64,000 nucleotides of DNA from a virus (lineage: Duplodnaviria; Caudoviricetes): IMG/VR virus record IMGVR_UViG_3300020577_002776, positions 4,697-68,696 of that record; one strand, given 5' to 3'. Below are positions 53,572 to 61,558 of this stretch, piece by piece. Position numbers and translations under genes: made by a program. Each line of letters begins with the position of its first letter. The stretch's first letter is position 1. Under the pieces are notes generated by a model that was not told where the DNA came from, did no database searches, and saw only the letters and a program-made list of their open reading frames with translations.

Positions 53572-54132
53572 TTACCTCCTGCGTTTGCGTGCGCGTATCA
53601 CGTAGTTGATGGCATTGCGAAGCTCGCCAGTCACGATTAGGGGCTTCGCAAGCGCAGAGCTGGGGGCTTCCCCTGCCTTTCGCCTGGCTCGCTCCTCCTG
53701 GGCCGATTTGGTGCGTCCTCGGCCCCTTGATCGGAGGGTGCTGTCCGCAAGAGCTGGGCTTAGCCCGCTATTGATCTCGTTCTGGATAGCGAGCTTCGCA
53801 ATCAGGCCGGCCTGTGTCATTCCTTTTTCCACGGTTTGGGCACTGCCTCCGTTCAAGGCAGCTTGCAAAGTCTGGCCCAGCTTGGCAGCAATCTCTAGCC
53901 GGGCCTTTTCGATCCCAGGACGGAGGAAAGGCCGTGGTGGGATGTTGGCTTCGGGAGCGCCATTGTCGTGGATGTATCCAAGAGCAGCATTCGTTATGCC
54001 CCCGTTATCTGTCCGGTCACTGGTATCCTCGGGGAAACCCACCAGCACCTCATTCTGAGTGATCAGCTTGAGGGCTTCGGAGATACCAGCTAAGCCCGGC
54101 CCAGTCATCCTGATCCCGGGCTTCATCGCCAT
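53572..54132 (-). CDS. Neck/tail completion protein
   Basis: VLVG.PE, ITNA.LGYIH..G.P..NIP.RPFL, KPLI.TG.LRN.I.YV. Confidence 0.82.
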   Translation of the reverse strand: MAMKPGIRMTGPGLAGISEALKLITQNEVLVGFPEDTSDRTDNGGITNAALGYIHDNGAPEANIPPRPFLRPGIEKARLEIAAKLGQTLQAALNGGSAQTVEKGMTQAGLIAKLAIQNEINSGLSPALADSTLRSRGRGRTKSAQEERARRKAGEAPSSALAKPLIVTGELRNAINYVIRARKRRR

Positions 54133-54134
54133 GA

Positions 54135-54584
54135 TCAGGGCCCTGGATACGGACCGGGCCAGGCACTGGCCGCAGTGGTGGGGACTTCACCTACGCCCAC
54201 TTGGACGGGGCCGGCGCCAATCATCCGAATCAAACGCACCAAGCGAATGCCGTAGGTGCTCAGATTCAATTCCCCGTTCTTGGGGTCAACGGCAAGAGCC
54301 GGGTTACGCGCGTAGCTCACCTTGTCTACGCTGGCATTGGTCAGTGGGCCTTCAATCGCGCCGGGGTTCTGCCCGCGCGATGCGGCTTTTGTGGCTTGCT
54401 GACTCAGGGTCAGATTGTGGGCAACGTAGAGTTGAACCCCATAATCGTACAGGTTGCCCCAGCGACCTACGTCAAACTGGAGGCCCGCAATGCTGATCCA
54501 GAAGTCAATCTGCGGCACCGGGTAGTTGGTGGCGTTAGCGAACTCCGGAAAGTTCGTCACAAAGGTGGTGGCGTTCACAGACAT
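54135..54584 (-). CDS. Head-tail adaptor (DUF4054-like)
   Basis: F..FPEF, RWG.L...G..L..AH.L, SVDKVS..Y, N...YG. Confidence 0.85.
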   Translation of the reverse strand: MSVNATTFVTNFPEFANATNYPVPQIDFWISIAGLQFDVGRWGNLYDYGVQLYVAHNLTLSQQATKAASRGQNPGAIEGPLTNASVDKVSYARNPALAVDPKNGELNLSTYGIRLVRLIRMIGAGPVQVGVGEVPTTAASAWPGPYPGP

Positions 54585-54599
54585 TGCGGGGGTCCTTTC

Positions 54600-54893
54600 T
54601 TATCCGCCGTAAATCTCGACCCCGTGCGCTTTTGCGAACCAGTGCTCGGCGTGATCGCGCGGCATATCCTGGGTGCCCGGCTCATAGGTCACGCTGCGGT
54701 GGTGATCCAAGGTGAGGTGGAAGGCTTTGGGGACGATGGCCGTCACCATTTCGACCTCGTCAGAGGTCTCCGGCGCTTGCTCTGGCGCTTCGTCAGCCTT
54801 GGGCTCAGCAGGGACCGCTACGCGGCCACGGCGGGTAATAGGGGCTTCGGCATCTTGCGTGCGAGCACGACGCACTGTTTTGTTATCAGACAT
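54600..54893 (-). CDS. Small head-associated protein
   Basis: Y.PG.QDMP..HA.HW..KAH C-terminus; directly follows the major capsid gene. Confidence 0.7.
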   Translation of the reverse strand: MSDNKTVRRARTQDAEAPITRRGRVAVPAEPKADEAPEQAPETSDEVEMVTAIVPKAFHLTLDHHRSVTYEPGTQDMPRDHAEHWFAKAHGVEIYGG

Positions 54894-54910
54894 TGGAATA
54901 CTCCGTAAAG

Positions 54911-54945
54911 AAATGAAGGAGGGGAGGGGCCGAAGCTCCTCCCCC
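54911..54945 (-). terminator. Possible terminator or stabilising hairpin after the major capsid gene
   Basis: GC-rich stem with cUUCGg loop; weak U-tract. Confidence 0.5.
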
Positions 54946-54966
54946 AATCAATCCAACCCGTGAGGG

Positions 54967-56124
54967 TTAGATGCCGTCGCGGTAGCCCAGCGTTTCGGGA
55001 TAGACCACTTCAGTGACGCCCAAGCGGCAGTAGTAGGTGGTCTTGTGGAAAATGCTGTCGTACTGGATCGGGGTCTTCTGCAGCATGGTCATGGGGTAGC
55101 GCACGAAGTTCTTGGACTTCGTGTAAGCCACCATACGATCCACGGTGCCGGAAGTGCCCAAGGTGCCGCCAGCGCCGCAACCCACCAGCCATTTGGCGGG
55201 GGCAATGCGAATCTCACCAGCGCCCGAGGACTTGACCACGTTGTTATCCAGCAGGTAGCGCAGGATAGACACGTTACCGGCAGTGCTGACCACGCGGGTC
55301 GAGATCATGCCGAACTGAACCGGGGGGATCCGGATTTCGGTAGGCATTTGCGCGTAGCCGGAAGCAGCCCACACGGAGTTGATCATGGCGTTGACGTCAT
55401 CCAAGATTTCTTGGGGAGTCTTCAATGCCCAGGTCACGCCACCGACGCCTGCAGGAACGTTGCTCACGTTGGTCACCAGCGAGCTGTTGAACAAGCCGGT
55501 CACGCCCACGGAGGTATCACCCACGTAAACCATTTCGTCAATGTCCATCTGGTGCTTCAAGCGCAGGCCTTCCAGCTTCTGGGCATCAATGGGGCGCCCC
55601 ATCTTGGCAGCGCTTTCCAGTTCCAAGATAGTGAACTTCAACTCCATACCCCAAGGGGTCAGGGGGTTGGGCACCTTGCCAGTGTCGACACCAATGCCGG
55701 TCACTTGGTTCGATTGCTTGCCGATCCAGGCTTTACCGTTGCGGATGCCTTGGCCGGTACCAGCACCACCAGCAGAACCGAAGGTGGTCAAGGTGAAGGA
55801 GCTTGCTTCATCAGCAACGCTCACGTCTTCACGCAAGTCAATGTCCCGCTGCCAGCTAACTGCAGCCAGGGGCATGTGCAGTTCGGGATCCAAGCGCTCC
55901 AACTCACCGATCAGGAAAGCACCAGTGGAGTCGACTGTGCGCACGCCATCATGGGTGCGGTAGGCGTGGTCCAGGGTTTTACCACGGTGATCACCGTTGG
56001 CATTGATGGGGGAAGTCATCAACGCACCTGCGGTGTCGAAGGTCATGTTGTCAGTAGTGCGGCTGCGCACAGCCAGGCCACCGACCGCGGCCATGCAGGC
56101 CAAGGAAACGAGAGATTTTTTCAT
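54967..56124 (-). CDS. Major capsid protein (DUF2184-like) with N-terminal propeptide
   Basis: GAFL..ELERLD, W.RDI, ELE.A...GRP.D.QK, D.M.Y.GD...G..GL.N. Confidence 0.9.
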   Translation of the reverse strand: MKKSLVSLACMAAVGGLAVRSRTTDNMTFDTAGALMTSPINANGDHRGKTLDHAYRTHDGVRTVDSTGAFLIGELERLDPELHMPLAAVSWQRDIDLREDVSVADEASSFTLTTFGSAGGAGTGQGIRNGKAWIGKQSNQVTGIGVDTGKVPNPLTPWGMELKFTILELESAAKMGRPIDAQKLEGLRLKHQMDIDEMVYVGDTSVGVTGLFNSSLVTNVSNVPAGVGGVTWALKTPQEILDDVNAMINSVWAASGYAQMPTEIRIPPVQFGMISTRVVSTAGNVSILRYLLDNNVVKSSGAGEIRIAPAKWLVGCGAGGTLGTSGTVDRMVAYTKSKNFVRYPMTMLQKTPIQYDSIFHKTTYYCRLGVTEVVYPETLGYRDGI

Positions 56125-56782
56125 TTCAGATTGCTTTCAAAGAGTTTCGGAATGACGACCAGTGGCTTAGTTGCCTGCCCAGATTTCCAGCTCAGCAACG
56201 CCGGCGGAATCGGGAGGAGATTGCCATTTAGCGTTGGTCAGCAGGATCGTGCTACCACCAGTGGCTGCGGCCTCGAAGCCCCCCAGCACGTGTTGGCCAG
56301 AGGATGCTGCGCACCACACGTAGACGCGACCACCTTTGACGGGAGGATTGGCTGCGAAGTTGTTGCAGGTAGCCATGCAAAAGCCTTGGGTCAGATAGTC
56401 ATGGATACCAGTCGTGCCAGGAGTTGCAGCACCGATGCTGGATGTCATACCACCGCTTTGTTGTTGGGCGGGGAATGGGCGGATCAGGATGGCATCAATG
56501 CGGGTCAGTGTTGCTTGATCAGCAGCCAGCAAACCACGCATGGTGTTGGAGCCCGAGTTCAGCGCCGGGAAGCCATAAGCTGCCACGGGGTTGGTCGAAT
56601 CCATCTGGCCGGGCAGGATCGACGCAGGATGCGTGCGATTGACGTCACCAGGGAATCCGGCGCCCATGCGGTAGCCGAAGGAAATGTCACGGGTCTTAGC
56701 GCGCACAGCGCCCATACCCACCACGGCCAGAACGGCCAGAGCAACGAGAGATTTTTTCATTTCAAATACTTTCAAGAGTTAA
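56110..56782 (-). repeat. Duplicated ~40-nt translation initiation region of the capsid and decoration genes
   Basis: AACTCT(T)TGAAAG-4/5 nt-TGAAATGAAAAAATCTCTCGTT occurs at both starts (ATG 56124 and ATG 56760). Confidence 0.8.
56167..56760 (-). CDS. Head decoration/minor capsid protein
   Basis: YRM.AG.PGDV.R after the leader; G..RPFP; C-terminal W..P.D..G.AELE. Confidence 0.8.
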   Translation of the reverse strand: MKKSLVALAVLAVVGMGAVRAKTRDISFGYRMGAGFPGDVNRTHPASILPGQMDSTNPVAAYGFPALNSGSNTMRGLLAADQATLTRIDAILIRPFPAQQQSGGMTSSIGAATPGTTGIHDYLTQGFCMATCNNFAANPPVKGGRVYVWCAASSGQHVLGGFEAAATGGSTILLTNAKWQSPPDSAGVAELEIWAGN

Positions 56783-56797
56783 ACGAGGGGGACGGGC

Positions 56798-58393
56798 TTA
56801 GCCTTTGGCCACGCGACCAGCCCAGAACTTGGCGTTAGCTTCGTTCAGTTGGGCAATCGTCATGGGGCCACGGGCTTGGGCTTGCTGGGTTTGTTTACCA
56901 GGCGTTCCGGAATCGCCAGTTGCCTGGCGATTGTTCAGGAGGCCCTTAGCGCCGGCAGCAGCACGGAACAAGGTGGCAGTCTCTTGGCAGTTCATCTTCG
57001 CCATGTCCAGGGTCTTGACCCCACTGACGCTGTCGATGATTTGCTTGCCTTGAGCCGTGCTGTAGGCCATGTCGAGCACCTTGCGGCGCAGTGCGCACAT
57101 GCTGTCAATGGTCTTGGTCCGTGTTTGCTTGCTGTCGAAGGTGGGGGCACGGAAACCGGGCACCAGGATTTCAGCCTGGGCCAGCAGGGCTTGGTAGCCG
57201 GTGGCAAGAGCTGCACTGTCACCAGTGCGGCTGGCACCTGCTGGGTTGTTGTTCATGCCCGTGGGTTCAGCACCTTCGTCTTCGGTGAAGTTCTGGGATC
57301 CGTTCTTTTCCAGATTGGGATCTTCGTCCAGGCCTTCGCCTTCCATGGTTTCAGGATCAGCCTCGTCCTGGGCGCCCCCGTTGGCACCGACCAGTTTCTG
57401 CACTGCAGCAGCCAAGGTAGACAATCCGTTTTCCAGGGCAGCGAAGCGAGCCTCGTAAGGATCATTGCCACCTTCACCTTCGTCGCTGGTCACCTTCTCC
57501 ATGCCTTCGTGGGTGCCGGGGGTGTTCCCGCTACCACCAGCATGGATGTGGATGTGAGTAGCACCACCAGGGCCTTTAGTCCCCACGTTGCTCTCGTCTT
57601 CGGTTTCGCCGGAGGCCGCGCCTTCACCTTCTTCAGGATCAGCGTTGTTGCCCATAAGCATTTCTGCGTCACGGGTGGCTTTTTCAAACAGGGCACGGAC
57701 TTGGGCGCGCTTGTCGCCGGTACGAGCACTGGCGGGTTTCCCCGTCTTCGCAGATGTTGCCATCTTGGTTTCCTTTCGGTTTGGGTCAATAAATGCTTGG
57801 TCGCCTATAGCACATCGCGGGCCGCAGCGACCTTTTTCGACCAGCGCGATATGGTTGCCGGTGATGTTGGATTGAGTTCCCTCACCATCAGCTGTTGCCG
57901 TATAGTCGGCGTCATAGCCACAGGAGACTTCCCGTTTGCCATTCAACACCGCTTCAATCAGTTTTTCGTCCGTGATGATCAGGTCAGCAAGGAGCACGTC
58001 AGCATCCTCACCTTCACCACGTCGCACGTTATCAAGGCTGAACCCCTGTGCCAACTGCTTCCAGTTCTTGGGGCTCACGTCTTCGTCAGGATGCTCGTCA
58101 ACGACCGCGGCGCCCATAAAGCTACCAATGGTCTCAGGCTTGAAGAGTTCCTCTGCGGAGCGGTAGACCCGGGCAATCCCGTCAGGCCCCGCTTGGATCG
58201 GAGTTTCATCTGGGCCGTAGGCCATCCAACCCACGCGGGCAATGGGAACGTTGCGGCAAAGCAGGTTCCCATGTCGCGTGCGGCTCATGTTGGGGCCAAT
58301 CTGCTCGGTGATTGGAATTTCAATCCGTTGATCAGGTGGGCCACGATCGCCGGTGGTAGCCCGGCGGACAATTTGACGTGTGGTCATGGTCAA
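56798..58393 (-). CDS. DUF2213-like prohead protease/scaffold
   Basis: RT.HG.L....PIAR.G, HP...V.P.NW..L..G, LADL.ITD...I..V..GKRE.SCGY.A, NHIALV..GRCG..C.I.D. Confidence 0.88.
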   Translation of the reverse strand: MTMTTRQIVRRATTGDRGPPDQRIEIPITEQIGPNMSRTRHGNLLCRNVPIARVGWMAYGPDETPIQAGPDGIARVYRSAEELFKPETIGSFMGAAVVDEHPDEDVSPKNWKQLAQGFSLDNVRRGEGEDADVLLADLIITDEKLIEAVLNGKREVSCGYDADYTATADGEGTQSNITGNHIALVEKGRCGPRCAIGDQAFIDPNRKETKMATSAKTGKPASARTGDKRAQVRALFEKATRDAEMLMGNNADPEEGEGAASGETEDESNVGTKGPGGATHIHIHAGGSGNTPGTHEGMEKVTSDEGEGGNDPYEARFAALENGLSTLAAAVQKLVGANGGAQDEADPETMEGEGLDEDPNLEKNGSQNFTEDEGAEPTGMNNNPAGASRTGDSAALATGYQALLAQAEILVPGFRAPTFDSKQTRTKTIDSMCALRRKVLDMAYSTAQGKQIIDSVSGVKTLDMAKMNCQETATLFRAAAGAKGLLNNRQATGDSGTPGKQTQQAQARGPMTIAQLNEANAKFWAGRVAKG

Positions 58394-58418
58394 TCCCTCC
58401 TAGTAGGGTTAGGGTGGG

Positions 58419-59162
58419 TTAAAGGTCGGCAAGGACGGGTTCCGGAAAGCAGCGGCAATTCGGCCCGCACCCTGCGTGGTAGGGGGCCAGATTGGCGTCG
58501 GTCTTCGGAGGATCGTCCCAACGTATGAATTTACCGTTGAGCGCCCGGTGGGTGTCTCGCACATCAAGATCACCACTGGTGCGCCATATGTAGCCCTCAC
58601 TGCCTGCGAACTCGGCTCGTGCACGTGTAAGCGTGGAGGCCGTGCGTGCTACCTCTGTGCGAGCGATCAGCTTGGCCCTGCTAGCACTGACTTCACCGGT
58701 GCGCAGTATCTCGGCAGCGATGGTGCTGCTCCGTTGGCTGGTCATCAGTGCTTCAGTCGTGAGTTTGTGAACGCGCTCTGCTGATTCAATGGGCAAGGAG
58801 GTGATCAGACCCACCTGCTCCTCCATCAATGCCGCATAGATGCTTCCCGTTGGAGCCTGGAGGATTTCAGCACGCAGGGCTTTGCTCATTTCCTCGCTGT
58901 GTGTCTTCCAGGCTCTTTCGTTGCGTCGTCCTACGTCAGCCAGCATAGCAGCCGCTACAGTGCGTGCCCACGGCATGATCAGGTCAGAGTAGCCCCGTAG
59001 GGTTCGCACCACCGAATCATCACGGACGATGCCATCTGGGGCCAATCCCCGAACGATGGCATCAATCTGCTTCGCTACTTGACGGAGCCTACTGTTGTAG
59101 CTTGACTCTGCGGCTCGGGCCATTAGGCGCTGGGCCCTTTGCCCCGTTCGGTCGAGTTTCAT
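58419..59162 (-). CDS. Mu gpF/SPP1 gp7-like head morphogenesis protein
   Basis: RA.LIARTE.AR, Y.WRTS.D..VRD.H..LNG....WDDPP...HAG..PNCRC.PEP. Confidence 0.9.
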   Translation of the reverse strand: MKLDRTGQRAQRLMARAAESSYNSRLRQVAKQIDAIVRGLAPDGIVRDDSVVRTLRGYSDLIMPWARTVAAAMLADVGRRNERAWKTHSEEMSKALRAEILQAPTGSIYAALMEEQVGLITSLPIESAERVHKLTTEALMTSQRSSTIAAEILRTGEVSASRAKLIARTEVARTASTLTRARAEFAGSEGYIWRTSGDLDVRDTHRALNGKFIRWDDPPKTDANLAPYHAGCGPNCRCFPEPVLADL

Positions 59163-60687
59163 CGTCTGGCTCCTTCTTTGCTGGCGGGAATCCCGGCTTG
59201 TCTGGCTTGGGCAATCCTGCCTCAGGTGGGGCGCCCAATCCAAGGCCAAGAGGATCATCCAGGAGCCCTTCAGCGCCGGGTGGGGCTATCTCGTCATCAG
59301 CTTGAGCGATTAACTCCTCCGTGATGTTCGTGAAGACCCCAGTGGTGCGGCTCGATTGACGTAGTTCCTTCAAGGCTGTCTGTCGACCAATCAGGCCATC
59401 ATCGACCGCCTTGCTCACAGTCTCGCCGTTGCTCTTGGCAATGCTGGCCTTATCAAGGTCTGTCAGTTGCCACAGGCTCACGAAGTCAATAGCGAAGTTC
59501 TTAGGGAGTTGGATCCCCAAGCTCTGGGCAATCAGCTTGTATATAGTTGTGGCGCCACCATGAAGCCCTTTGCGTTGCTGCTGACGGATACCGTCGTAAT
59601 ACGTGCGCAGGTCCGATTCCCCGCTGGCATTCATGCCGCCAGGCGATTGCCCGAACAAACGCACCAATGGGATTTGCAGAGCACCGCTCAACTGCTGGCC
59701 GAACTGCTGCAGGGCACTATCCAAGCCACTGAAGGCCGAGTGCTGTTGCGTTTCAAACTCGTCTTCCTTGTCAAGGAGGGTGATCCCTTCCTGACCTTGA
59801 TAGCGCCGCATCGTATCGACGTAGGTCATCAGACCTTGCATCGGTTGCCCGCCTGCTGAAACAATGTCACGGAAGCCGTCGATCTTGAGCGTGCGCAGGT
59901 AGCTTTTGAAAACCAACTGAGCAGCGCCAGTGGATGCGCTATCGAAGGCCACCATCCGATCGTAGAGCCGCTCCAGCACTGAGATGCCCCACAGGTTCTC
60001 CGTGAGCCGCTGGTTGTAAGGGAGGCGGATGCCCTCACCACGGAACATGATCCGGCTATGGTGCACGGACATTCCCCGCAATGCTGGGCTGTTGGGGCCG
60101 ACCCGGTAATACTTGGGCAGACCCAGGTGGGGACCGAAGTCTGTCACCAAGTCTTCAAGAGCCGGTTCTACCTGCCAGCGATCCAGCGTTAGGAGGCCCT
60201 TGAATGCGCCAGGCCCTACAGTCTCTAGGCGCAGGGGCGTTCGCAGGTCCTGGCCATCAATAAGGGCGATGACAAGGCTTCCTCCGTAAAGTCGGCTCCA
60301 CTGAATGCCCTCGTTGAGTTGCTCCCATATCTGCAAGCGGGTGGCTTCATACTGAAGGGCCTCCGAATCATCAGGGGGCATTTCGGTCAGGAACTCTACC
60401 CCGGCCCGGGTCATGTCGTCTGCCACCAGATCGACGGCCACCCCACCTAACCAGGAGCCGCGGTGGATCCACTCCAGCATGATCCGCATGCGGGTGATGG
60501 GATTGAATCCGTAGGTGCTGCTCGTCAGTGCGTTGTCAGCGCCGATACCAAGCTTGTGGGCGAAGTTGACAAAGCTATCAAACGTCGCCGCTTTGCTCTG
60601 CGTGCCATCTGGCAGGACTTTGCCCCGTAGCTTGGTATCCTCGCGCTGGGCGTCACGCACCGCCGCTTTGATTGATTGCTTTGCCAT
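59089..60687 (-). CDS. Portal protein (DUF1073-like)
   Basis: W...SWL....VD.VA.DMTR.G, W.RLYGG, G.FKGL..LDRW, IPL.RLFG.SP.G.NA.GESDLR.YYD. Confidence 0.92.
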   Translation of the reverse strand: MAKQSIKAAVRDAQREDTKLRGKVLPDGTQSKAATFDSFVNFAHKLGIGADNALTSSTYGFNPITRMRIMLEWIHRGSWLGGVAVDLVADDMTRAGVEFLTEMPPDDSEALQYEATRLQIWEQLNEGIQWSRLYGGSLVIALIDGQDLRTPLRLETVGPGAFKGLLTLDRWQVEPALEDLVTDFGPHLGLPKYYRVGPNSPALRGMSVHHSRIMFRGEGIRLPYNQRLTENLWGISVLERLYDRMVAFDSASTGAAQLVFKSYLRTLKIDGFRDIVSAGGQPMQGLMTYVDTMRRYQGQEGITLLDKEDEFETQQHSAFSGLDSALQQFGQQLSGALQIPLVRLFGQSPGGMNASGESDLRTYYDGIRQQQRKGLHGGATTIYKLIAQSLGIQLPKNFAIDFVSLWQLTDLDKASIAKSNGETVSKAVDDGLIGRQTALKELRQSSRTTGVFTNITEELIAQADDEIAPPGAEGLLDDPLGLGLGAPPEAGLPKPDKPGFPPAKKEPDDETRPNGAKGPAPNGPSRRVKLQQ

Positions 60688-60696
60688 CGTGGCTCC

Positions 60697-61020
60697 TTAC
60701 TTTTGAACTGGCTTCTTTTTCGCAGCAATTCGTTTCTTGGCTTCCTCCACGTCAGACTTGGCCTGCATCTGGCGGACGCCAGGATTGACGCCGGGGCTCA
60801 CTGGCTGCTTGGCAATCTTGCGTGACTCCTTCAACTGCTTGGCTTCCAAGTTGCGATTCTCTTGACGCATTGGGGTGTACTTGGGCTCCTTCTTAGAAGC
60901 CCCAGCACCTGAACCCCCGCCCTTGCTTACGAACTGACCTCCTTTCGAGGAGCCAGCAGGGGCATGCTCGGGACCAGCATCACGGGTGCGGTGAATGTGG
61001 ATATGTATATGCTTGTCCAT
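60697..61020 (-). CDS. Small basic internal head protein
   Basis: HIHIHIHRTRD leader, then H.P.G...GGQF motif. Confidence 0.7.
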   Translation of the reverse strand: MDKHIHIHIHRTRDAGPEHAPAGSSKGGQFVSKGGGSGAGASKKEPKYTPMRQENRNLEAKQLKESRKIAKQPVSPGVNPGVRQMQAKSDVEEAKKRIAAKKKPVQK

Positions 61021-61080
61021 AATAATCCTTCAGAATAAATATAACGCGGTTTGAAACCCCACTAAGCCCCATCGCTGGGG

Positions 61081-61356
61081 CTATCGTTTGGTGCAGAGGG
61101 CTACAAGTCCCGTGGAGTCATACGACGCCCACAGGTCTTTGCCGCTGGCCCTGGTGGGCTTGTACTTTGTATCACAAGTGGCACCAACTGGAGCGCGCTC
61201 CTTTGACTTTCTCAGCACGCCATCAGTCAGGGTGTAGGCTGGGCGGGTTTGGTACTTGCCGTTGGGCTTGACTGCGTACCAGTCTGCGCCACGTGGGCAC
61301 TGTGCTTGCGCCACCATCGGGATACACAGCGCAAGCACGCAGGCCAATCTACGCAA
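61081..61356 (-). CDS. Small secreted protein
   Basis: Sec-type signal MRRLACVLALCIPMVAQA; three Cys in the mature part. Confidence 0.6.
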   Translation of the reverse strand: MRRLACVLALCIPMVAQAQCPRGADWYAVKPNGKYQTRPAYTLTDGVLRKSKERAPVGATCDTKYKPTRASGKDLWASYDSTGLVALCTKR

Positions 61357-61552
61357 GGACTTCCTCTACCCGCGTGGCGTCCACATGATCTTCGCTGCCG
61401 ATCTTTCCCCCATCGACATCGTAATAAGTGATGGAGTACACATCCTCGCTGCGGCGCAGACCGACTACACGGCCATCGTCTAGCGTGACCGTGGCGGCTT
61501 CGTGGTGGCCGCAGCAGTCCTCAGTTTTGAAAACAACGTCTGAAAGTTTCAT
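61349..61552 (-). CDS. Small acidic hypothetical protein
   Basis: Coupled ORF with GAAGGA Shine-Dalgarno. Confidence 0.55.
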   Translation of the reverse strand: MKLSDVVFKTEDCCGHHEAATVTLDDGRVVGLRRSEDVYSITYYDVDGGKIGSEDHVDATRVEEVLA

Positions 61553-61558
61553 GATTTT

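Noticed and set aside
4240-60041. Long antisense ORFs (for example 4240-5172+, 21465-22640-, 50500-52017+, 55045-56838+, 56849-58528+)
   Set aside because: They shadow well-supported genes on the opposite strand, as expected from GC-rich codon bias, and show no motifs
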